In this document: piece by piece, positions 19,043-24,915 of the stretch
Layout of the letters: every line of letters starts with the position of its first letter
Numbering within the stretch: position 1 is the first letter of the stretch
Source: a virus
Taxonomy: Duplodnaviria > Heunggongvirae > Uroviricota > Caudoviricetes
Reading direction: 5' to 3' (one strand)
Length of the DNA: 25,084 bases
Virus record (IMG/VR): IMGVR_UViG_2778261154_000008
Translations under genes and position numbers: made by a program
The notes under the pieces: model-generated
The model's input: the letters and a program-made list of their open reading frames with translations, nothing else
What the model was told of the DNA's origin: nothing
Databases searched by the model: none

Positions 19043-19336
19043 TCAGTCCCTCGCACGGGGTTTTTTAACGCCCGGCACACCGGACAGGCCGTTTGCCACA
19101 TCCTCGCCGCTGCCGGTGATTTCAGCCACGTAACAGCCGCCCACATCAGACAGACGAACCAGCCCCTGCTCGCGCAGCCATGCAAGCTGGGTGCGCACCA
19201 CATCACGGGATACCTTATGACCGTAGGCCTGAAGGCAGGTCTGCAACACGGATTCATTCGCGCTGTCGCCACAGTCCAGCAGGGAACGCAGCAACACCAG
19301 ACGACGGTCTTCAGTGAGGATCTCTTTCATCGCCAT
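19043..19336 (-). CDS. Hypothetical protein, possible winged-helix fold
   Basis: 97-aa ORF; start overlaps the upstream stop by 1 nt (TAATG). Confidence 0.45.
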   Translation of the reverse strand: MAMKEILTEDRRLVLLRSLLDCGDSANESVLQTCLQAYGHKVSRDVVRTQLAWLREQGLVRLSDVGGCYVAEITGSGEDVANGLSGVPGVKKPRARD

Positions 19337-19641
19337 TAATTTTTTTCCTTTAATTCGTTCTCTAATAACAAATCGCTGATGCGGGATACCTGGCGGATGG
19401 ATGGCCCCAGCTCTTTGATTTCACCCCGCAGGTTGCTGATATCCAGTTGCAGGCGGTGAAATTCATTGCGGTCGGGTAGCTGATTCACCAGGCCTTCCAT
19501 CACCGACACGCGGGAACGCAGCGAATCAAACTCTTCGCGTTTGACGTAAGTCTTCGCCAGAATCAGCTGAATCAGGTTTATTGCTGTCATCAACAGCGCC
19601 CATAAAACAGGCCAGTTGGCCCGGATCACTTCCCAGGACAC
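19336..19641 (-). CDS. Membrane-anchored coiled-coil protein (Mu gp25-like position; possible lysis/spanin-like role)
   Basis: 101-aa ORF with an N-terminal hydrophobic segment (WPVLWALLMTAINLIQLILA) followed by a heptad-like region. Confidence 0.45.
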   Translation of the reverse strand: MSWEVIRANWPVLWALLMTAINLIQLILAKTYVKREEFDSLRSRVSVMEGLVNQLPDRNEFHRLQLDISNLRGEIKELGPSIRQVSRISDLLLENELKEKN

Positions 19642-19853
19642 GTCTTCCTCCTGTGTTCCCGCGCCTGCTGGCAGTCAATACAGGTCACCACATCCGGCAG
19701 CACCGCAAGGCGCTGTGCCGGAATAACGTTCCCGCAGTCATTGCAGAAGCCCCGACTGTGGGGTGCTTCTTTTATCCGCATCAGCCAGGCGTTAACGACG
19801 TCCTGACGTTCGTTTAAAACCACTTCACTGATGCGGTCGGTTTCATCGGTCAT
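19626..19853 (-). CDS. TraR/DksA-family C4 zinc-finger protein
   Basis: 75-aa ORF with CxxC...CxxC (FCNDCGNVIP...VTCIDCQQ), typical of phage TraR-like proteins; ATGA coupling to the upstream gene. Confidence 0.65.
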   Translation of the reverse strand: MTDETDRISEVVLNERQDVVNAWLMRIKEAPHSRGFCNDCGNVIPAQRLAVLPDVVTCIDCQQAREHRRKTCPGK

Positions 19854-20458
19854 TTCGGCCCCGCTGATATTTTGTGACAGCTCGATTTGCTGTAACGGGC
19901 AAAGCCGTCAAGGGTTCTTACCCCGAGATAGCCCAGCGCCGGGGTAAACAACATCAGCGTGATATCCCAGTCCGGTGACGGCATATGCAGCGTGATACCG
20001 TTCGCACCGGCAACCGCACCGGCAATCTGGCCACAGGAGAGCAACAGCACATAGGCCAGACTGCTGTAACAGGACAGACGGGCCAGCAACGGGCGCGTCT
20101 GGCGCACATAGCTGTCCGTGGCGTTGTCACCGTTGCGGATGGTTTCCTGTTGTTCGTGGTGAGCGGCCTGCTGGTCAGCCAGCACCAGCTTCTGCCGCTC
20201 CACCTCCAGCTGTTGCAGCTGGACTTTCAGGGTTTCCAGCTGCACCAGTTGCTCCGGTGACAGCATCACCAGTTTTTGTTCCAGAATGCGTTGCTGTTCA
20301 GCCACCGGCAGGCTTTCCCGGACGCTTTCCACCATACCGGCCACCGAGTCAGCGGCGGCAGATGTGCTGCCACCAAACCAGCGCCCGACGGAACGAATCA
20401 GCCCCGGCCCGGCTTTCAGCAGAACGGAGGCGATGCCTGAAAGGGTTAACGGGTCCAT
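19850..20458 (-). CDS. Lysis-associated membrane protein (holin or lysis-regulator candidate)
   Basis: 202-aa ORF: amphipathic N-terminus, central coiled coil (LETLKVQLQQLEVERQKL), C-terminal hydrophobic segments; AAGGGGGA RBS upstream of the ATG. Confidence 0.45.
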   Translation of the reverse strand: MDPLTLSGIASVLLKAGPGLIRSVGRWFGGSTSAAADSVAGMVESVRESLPVAEQQRILEQKLVMLSPEQLVQLETLKVQLQQLEVERQKLVLADQQAAHHEQQETIRNGDNATDSYVRQTRPLLARLSCYSSLAYVLLLSCGQIAGAVAGANGITLHMPSPDWDITLMLFTPALGYLGVRTLDGFARYSKSSCHKISAGPK

Positions 20459-20856
20459 GAATCCCCCTTATGAAAACGGCGCTGATGTTTATAAAGTGCC
20501 GCACAAAAGATACCGCCCAGCCAGAACGCCAGCTGATAAGGCTCCTTCAGATAAAGAAGGCCGAATGTCAGCATGAAAAAACCAACGGCCCAGACCACCC
20601 ATGACCACACGACAATTCGAAGGGAGGCGGCCCGGAAACGCCTTTTGGGTTGCAGGCGATAAGGTACGTTGCCCAGCTGGAAACTGTGAATCAGGCAGAG
20701 TGTCGCGCCGTATGCCAGCACCATGACCGCAAACGCCTGCCATCCGGCAAAACAGCTCGCCAGAAAAAGGACTGCCGACAGCCCCAGAAACGACCACTGG
20801 CACAACATAAAGCGGGAGTAAATAACGCGAACAAAAAGACTATTCATTCTGTGCAT
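20446..20856 (-). CDS. Polytopic membrane protein, ~4 predicted TM segments (holin or superinfection-exclusion candidate)
   Basis: Start taken at the internal ATG 20856 (MHRMNSLF...) with AAGGA upstream; four hydrophobic stretches by eye. The longer listed form (to 21027) would overlap the adjacent 75-aa ORF. Confidence 0.45.
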   Translation of the reverse strand: MHRMNSLFVRVIYSRFMLCQWSFLGLSAVLFLASCFAGWQAFAVMVLAYGATLCLIHSFQLGNVPYRLQPKRRFRAASLRIVVWSWVVWAVGFFMLTFGLLYLKEPYQLAFWLGGIFCAALYKHQRRFHKGDSWTR

Positions 20857-21067
20857 TGAGTTTTTCCTTGTACTTCTGGCACTGCCAGAAAATGTCCCGT
20901 GTATCCACGGTGTTCCAGCCACGCATGTAGTGGCTGGCGTGTGTGCCGTCATGACCGGTATAGTCCAGCGGTTTCGGGGGCGGACCTCCGGCCATACGAT
21001 GTAAAACCTCCTGACGCAGGCGGTCACGCCGCCCGGCTCTCAGCGAGGCATCCCAGCCTTTGCCCAT
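20840..21067 (-). CDS. Hypothetical 75-aa protein downstream of the endolysin gene
   Basis: Start 2 nt after the endolysin stop with GGGGA upstream; hydrophilic, no TM segment; no family recognised. Confidence 0.3.
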   Translation of the reverse strand: MGKGWDASLRAGRRDRLRQEVLHRMAGGPPPKPLDYTGHDGTHASHYMRGWNTVDTRDIFWQCQKYKEKLNAQNE

Positions 21068-21068
21068 A

Positions 21069-21656
21069 TCATCCCCGCGTGACGGACGACACGTTGTCGA
21101 TAATTTCCAGACAGGCGTCGGTCACTTTCTCCATGCGGTTAAACCAGCCGTTCAGGTATTTGCCCTGGGCAGGTTTGGATTTGATGATGTCGGCATAAAA
21201 GCGGGAACGACGGACAATGCAGCGGGTCAGCAACCAGTCCGGGGTGGACAGGCTCACTGCCTTACGGGTACGCGGACCGATGATGCCGTCAGCATCCACA
21301 TCAGCGGCTTCCTGCAAAATCCTGATAGCTTTTTTAACGCCATGCTGAACCGCCGCATCGAACACAAACATCGCCACGCCATCAGGCCACTGGTCACATC
21401 CGGCAGGCAGCCAGTAATCGCGCCAGTAAATCTGCGCGACCTGTTCGCGGGTTAAATCCCTGATGCGGGTATCCGGTTTACCGTCGCCGCTGACATCGGT
21501 TTTGCCGTCAATCACACCGTCGCGGCGGTCAGAAATGCCGTATCTGGTTTCGCCGCCACGGTCAGTGGGGTCATTGACATAGACGCCTTCGATATCGGGA
21601 CGCAGAATAAAATTCAGCGCATACTCAAAGGCCGGGGAGAATTTTTGATTTTCCAT
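21069..21656 (-). CDS. Endolysin, GH108-type muramidase with C-terminal peptidoglycan-binding domain
   Basis: 195-aa ORF; N-terminal FEYALNF...EGVYVNDPTDRGGETRYGIS matches the GH108 signature as I recall it; C-terminal DGIIGPRTRKAV resembles a PG-binding domain. No N-terminal hydrophobic/SAR segment. AGGTG RBS. Confidence 0.8.
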   Translation of the reverse strand: MENQKFSPAFEYALNFILRPDIEGVYVNDPTDRGGETRYGISDRRDGVIDGKTDVSGDGKPDTRIRDLTREQVAQIYWRDYWLPAGCDQWPDGVAMFVFDAAVQHGVKKAIRILQEAADVDADGIIGPRTRKAVSLSTPDWLLTRCIVRRSRFYADIIKSKPAQGKYLNGWFNRMEKVTDACLEIIDNVSSVTRG

Positions 21657-21667
21657 AAAAGCACCTG

Positions 21668-21696
21668 TGAAGCAGATTTAAACGTGGTCTGCTTCA
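21668..21696 (-). promoter_or_regulatory. 9-bp perfect inverted repeat in the endolysin leader, immediately upstream of its RBS
   Basis: tgaagcaga-N11-tctgcttca; on the mRNA the hairpin ends 12 nt before the ATG, next to AGGUG. Shares the TGAAGC motif with the 26-bp element. Confidence 0.4.
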
Positions 21697-21711
21697 TGGT
21701 GCCGGAGGCAT

Positions 21712-21737
21712 AAAAAAAGCCGGATTTACCGGCTTCA
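21712..21737 (-). terminator. Hairpin plus T-tract between the Mor/C gene and the lysis operon: intrinsic terminator and/or late-promoter activator site (copy 2 of a 26-bp repeat)
   Basis: Minus-strand RNA reads UGAAGCCGG-UAAAU-CCGGCUU-UUUUUUA: 7-bp GC-rich stem, 5-nt loop, U7. Begins 4 nt after the Mor/C stop and lies ~55 nt upstream of the endolysin ATG. Confidence 0.55.
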
Positions 21738-21741
21738 TTGA

Positions 21742-22191
21742 TTAAGGACGTCGTGGCGGACGACGAACGGGGTGAGGCAGGTTCGGGGAGTGGTAAAACA
21801 AATCCGGCTGGTATTTATTACACTCCAGACGCCGCATCCGCTTGATGGCCTTGTAGACGGTTTTATACGTCACCCCGTAACGCTGAACCAGTTCAGGAAT
21901 ATTATGGCCGTTAAAATCACGCCAGATACGCATATCCCGGACAAGATTCTCCAGAATATTCCCCCTCGGAACATAAACCTGCATCCCGCCGATATAGCGA
22001 CAAATCGCCACAACCAGCTCAAGGGAATGGGCAGGGTCTGCGCCAATCCGGGCCAGCTCTTTACGCAGCAGTGCGTTCAGTTCAGAAAGTAACGCCGGAT
22101 AAGCCGTGTTTTCCTGGTAATCGTTAAGGTATTCCAGAACGCTGTCGTCCCGGAAGTCTTCGAATAAATCCTGCTCTTTCATCTGTTTCAT
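21742..22191 (-). CDS. Mor/C-family transcriptional activator of middle/late genes
   Basis: 149-aa ORF; the segment DPAHSLELVVAICRYIGGMQVYVPRG...YGVTYKTVYKAIKRMRR closely resembles the Mu Mor/C family as I recall it; ATGA overlap with gemA; sits directly upstream of the lysis operon. Confidence 0.75.
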   Translation of the reverse strand: MKQMKEQDLFEDFRDDSVLEYLNDYQENTAYPALLSELNALLRKELARIGADPAHSLELVVAICRYIGGMQVYVPRGNILENLVRDMRIWRDFNGHNIPELVQRYGVTYKTVYKAIKRMRRLECNKYQPDLFYHSPNLPHPVRRPPRRP

Positions 22192-22739
22192 ACAGCAATT
22201 CTCCCGCTGTTTCGTGCGCGGGCATATGCACTGGTCAGTGCATCATAGCCGCGCAGCTTCCGCCCGGTTTCGCTCACAGGTAAAGGCACACCATGTCGGG
22301 CAAAGGCTTCCCGGATGCAGCGCATATGCCACTGTTTGAGCGTTTCGAGCACAACATGCAACGATTCCCCGTGACACCAGGCCAGCGTGGAAACACCCTG
22401 ACCGCCATTACGTCTGACCGTCAGGCGTTCAACGTATTTGTCCAGCGCAGCGTCGCTGATATCGGAGACGAAACCATCAAGGAACATCTGCTGCCAGATT
22501 TTATAAATCTTCTCGCGCGGTGTGACATGCCCCTTAAAGCGACGGCGGGGATGTTTTTTCTGCTTCTTAAAACCGCGCTCTTTCATGGCATCGAGCACAC
22601 GTTCCAGTTGTGCAACGGACAGCTCGCGGCAACTGGTTTTGCCCGTGTGCTGCACCAGAAAGGCGCGGTAAGTGTCATCGTCGAGTTGTAGATCACGACG
22701 GGCGACATGAATTAATTTAATCAGGGATGTGCGATTCAT
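22188..22739 (-). CDS. gemA: GemA-like regulatory protein (Mu gp16, DUF1018-type)
   Basis: Start taken at ATG 22739 (MNRTSLIKLIHVARRDLQLDDDTYRAF...) with GGAGG 8 nt upstream, rather than the longer listed form from 22793. Confidence 0.7.
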   Translation of the reverse strand: MNRTSLIKLIHVARRDLQLDDDTYRAFLVQHTGKTSCRELSVAQLERVLDAMKERGFKKQKKHPRRRFKGHVTPREKIYKIWQQMFLDGFVSDISDAALDKYVERLTVRRNGGQGVSTLAWCHGESLHVVLETLKQWHMRCIREAFARHGVPLPVSETGRKLRGYDALTSAYARARNSGRIAV

Positions 22740-22760
22740 TATCGTACCTCCAGAAAAGGG

Positions 22761-22780
22761 GGCGGTGCGGCAACACCGCC
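22761..22780 (-). promoter_or_regulatory. GC-rich hairpin upstream of the gemA RBS (possible attenuator between the accessory cassette and gemA)
   Basis: ggcggtg-cggcaa-caccgcc; on the minus strand it is followed by CCCUUUUCU and then GGAGG...AUG of gemA. It also lies ~30 nt upstream of the plus-strand ORF's ATG. Confidence 0.3.
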
Positions 22781-22812
22781 AGAATCCACTCACTAAACAG
22801 AGGAAACTTTTT

Positions 22813-23079
22813 ATGAAAAACAGTGAACAGCCTTATGATGTTGCAGGGTATGTCATTGCCTCAAGGTTGCTGATACTCCTTGTCAGAAAGGGGCTAATTA
22901 CCGCAGAAGAAGGCAAAACGATCCTCGAAGCCGCAGCAAGCGGAGCGGCAGAGGCTCCGGCATTGAGAACAACGAATAATCCCATCCTGCAAATATCACA
23001 GCTAATCACTGATACCATCAGTTTGTTAGACCAAGATTCTGATGAATATCAAAAGCCTCAGCCATCTGAGCATCCGTAA
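22813..23079 (+). CDS. Hypothetical 88-aa protein on the opposite strand to the phage operons (candidate moron or antisense-regulated gene)
   Basis: ATG 22813 preceded by AGAGGAAA. Lies in an otherwise non-coding 278-bp minus-strand gap in lower-GC DNA (hand count ~44%). Overlaps the 3' end of the convergent minus gene by 62 bp. One hydrophobic stretch (YVIASRLLILLV). Confidence 0.4.
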   Translation: MKNSEQPYDVAGYVIASRLLILLVRKGLITAEEGKTILEAAASGAAEAPALRTTNNPILQISQLITDTISLLDQDSDEYQKPQPSEHP

Positions 23080-23365
23080 GAATATCTTTATTTGATAGTC
23101 CCAGCCTGCGACGAATGTATTCCTCGCGGGCTGCTTCATTTTGTAGCGCCACGGCAGCTTCCACCTGGTTCATTTCACGGTTGATAATGCTCCGGACTTC
23201 TCTGGCGGTGAGGTCATGCTCAATACCATATTTAACAATATCATGCATACGTTCCAGCATCCTTAAATTAGCCATGACGTCATCAATATTAACTGGTGTG
23301 AATTTCATTTCTTTATTCTCTGGTTTATTCATTTCGTAATACCTCTTCGCAATAAAAGATTTCAT
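23018..23365 (-). CDS. Hypothetical 115-aa protein, lower-GC accessory gene
   Basis: ATG 23365 overlaps the stop of the upstream small ORF (ATGA); largely helical-looking; hand-counted GC ~43% over 23101-23340. Confidence 0.5.
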   Translation of the reverse strand: MKSFIAKRYYEMNKPENKEMKFTPVNIDDVMANLRMLERMHDIVKYGIEHDLTAREVRSIINREMNQVEAAVALQNEAAREEYIRRRLGLSNKDILTDAQMAEAFDIHQNLGLTN

Positions 23366-23508
23366 TGGGATAACGTTTTTGTATGCGCTCCATCACCTGC
23401 ATACATGTCTGCTCTGTGGGCCAGATTTTTTTCCGTTACCGGAATGGCATCGCAGGCATCATTTCCGCAGGTGCCAACCAGCAGGACAAAGCCAGTTGAC
23501 TTAATCAT
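23362..23508 (-). CDS. Hypothetical small Cys-containing protein (48 aa)
   Basis: Start taken at the internal ATG 23508 (MIKSTGFVLLVGTCGNDACD...) with AGGAAA upstream; stop overlaps the next start. The longer listed form would overlap the upstream gene by ~100 nt. Confidence 0.3.
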   Translation of the reverse strand: MIKSTGFVLLVGTCGNDACDAIPVTEKNLAHRADMYAGDGAHTKTLSQ

Positions 23509-24040
23509 GCTCGCTGATTTCCTGTGTTTCCGCCGGAACCGGTGAATAATCAAGAATGAGATAGCGCAGGACGTGGTCGGTGATATTCCAGCCACTGGAG
23601 CCACAAATAAAACGACCCAGCCGGATATCGATATAAGCCATCACAAAACGGGGCATTCCCTGTTTACACATCTCGTCATCCACTTCAGCAACGATGTAAA
23701 CCGACTCGCAGGTCAGTACGCCTGTCGCAAATTCTTTTGCCAGTGCCGGAATGGCATTGCCTTCCAGCCAGGGCAAAGAGCGGCGGAACGTGCACCATTG
23801 CGCACCATCAACATCGGGGTGCTCCGTTGAATTTCGCCCGGCAGGCGGCTCTGCCCGGGAGCGCGGAACGTCGTAAAAGCCGTTCAGTTCAGTCAGCACT
23901 CCGGCATCAACCGCATCACGCAGGAAATACACCATTGCAGAGACCGGCATCCTCATTTTGTCCGCCAGAACACCACAGGTCAGACGTCCGTAAGCCCGTA
24001 ATAATGTGCTGACACCGTTCAGAACTTTTGCATCAATCAC
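23501..24040 (-). CDS. Hypothetical 179-aa protein, early/accessory region
   Basis: GTG start at 24040 with GGAGG 7 nt upstream, 3 nt after the upstream stop; no family recognised. Confidence 0.5.
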   Translation of the reverse strand: MIDAKVLNGVSTLLRAYGRLTCGVLADKMRMPVSAMVYFLRDAVDAGVLTELNGFYDVPRSRAEPPAGRNSTEHPDVDGAQWCTFRRSLPWLEGNAIPALAKEFATGVLTCESVYIVAEVDDEMCKQGMPRFVMAYIDIRLGRFICGSSGWNITDHVLRYLILDYSPVPAETQEISEHD

Positions 24041-24043
24041 CGG

Positions 24044-24548
24044 TTATTCCTCCGTCAGTGCCACAAATTCAGAATGTTTAATGCGCTGGCATTCGGCAGG
24101 AACCGGTCCCTTAACCTCACCATCCAGCAGGCACACCTCAAACAAAATGCCGAATCCGTCACGGCTGTGGTGCATCGTCCAGACTGATTTGAGATCAAAC
24201 ATGTTGGGTACAACATCAACCCCGAGTTCATTACACAACCAGACCGGGAATGTGGGATATTTCCGGAGTTGCTCTTCATGTTCCTGAATAAGCGTCGCAT
24301 TGTTTCGGCCTTCCGGTGTTGTTATATCCGGTACAACGCCATAAAACTGAAATCCACCAATAAACAGTCCGTCTGATTTACCACGCCATAATTCCGGCGC
24401 TAATTGATTCATCCAGATACATTCAACCCGTTCATACCCTCTGTTACTGACAAGGGAAACACCGTCTGCGCCAAACGCACGCTGCAATGAGCAGATGATT
24501 TTGTCACGCTTAACAGAAACATCTTTCAGCCAGCGAATCGTATAACCG
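24044..24548 (-). pseudogene. Hypothetical early-region gene, probably 5'-truncated by the IS insertion
   Basis: The listed ORF runs to a GTG at 24574, but its first nine codons lie inside the IS3-family left end (which starts at 24549), so the native N-terminus appears to be missing. An internal Met at ~24412 could still give a shorter product. Confidence 0.45.
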
Positions 24549-24580
24549 TGAGGTAGCCTGAGTTTAACGGACACTCCTTC
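24549..24580. repeat. Left terminal inverted repeat of the IS3-family element (approximate extent)
   Basis: Begins with TG at 24549; the right end is outside the window, so the IR length cannot be confirmed. Confidence 0.45.
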
Positions 24581-24612
24581 CTGAAATAGAATGGCATCAG
24601 AAGGAGCTAATA

Positions 24613-24915
24613 ATGAGCAGAAAAACCCAACGTTACTCTAAAGAGTTCAAAGCCGAAGCTGTCAGAACGGTTCTTGAAAATCAACTTTCGATCAGTGAAG
24701 GCGCTTCCCGATTATCCCTTCCTGAAGGCACTTTAGGACAATGGGTTACCGCCGCCAGAAAAGGGCTCGGTACTCCTGGTTCCCGCACGGTGGCTGAACT
24801 GGAATCTGAAATTCTGCAACTGCGTAAGGCGTTAAATGAAGCTCGCCTTGAGCGAGATATATTAAAAAAAGCAACAGCGTATTTTGCACAGGAGTCGCTG
24901 AAAAATACGCGTTAA
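24613..24915 (+). CDS. IS3-family transposase OrfA (HTH / leucine-zipper subunit)
   Basis: 100-aa ORF MSRKTQRYSKEFKAEAVRTVLENQLSISEGASRLSLPEGTLGQWV... with a helix-turn-helix and a C-terminal heptad region typical of IS3 OrfA. Confidence 0.9.
   Translation: MSRKTQRYSKEFKAEAVRTVLENQLSISEGASRLSLPEGTLGQWVTAARKGLGTPGSRTVAELESEILQLRKALNEARLERDILKKATAYFAQESLKNTR
24864..24871 (+). promoter_or_regulatory. Candidate -1 programmed frameshift site of the IS (A7-G slippery run)
   Basis: AAAAAAAG sits in the orfA/orfB overlap (orfA codons TTA AAA AAA GCA); IS3-family elements classically shift on A6G-type motifs. Confidence 0.55.

Noticed and set aside
20446-21027. 193-aa long form of the 4-TM membrane protein
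   Set aside because: The N-terminal 57 codons would overlap the 75-aa ORF over ~190 nt in another frame; the internal ATG at 20856 has an RBS and starts just before the first TM segment.
21712-21737. Interpreting the 26-bp repeat as a phage attachment site or transposon end
   Set aside because: Both copies are internal to the prophage, in the same orientation, at operon boundaries; Mu-like elements end in transposase-bound terminal repeats, not hairpin/T-tract motifs.
22188-22793. Long form of the GemA-like ORF starting at 22793
   Set aside because: The internal ATG at 22739 has GGAGG at ideal spacing and begins the recognisable GemA-like N-terminus; the 18-codon extension would run through a GC-rich hairpin and has no RBS.
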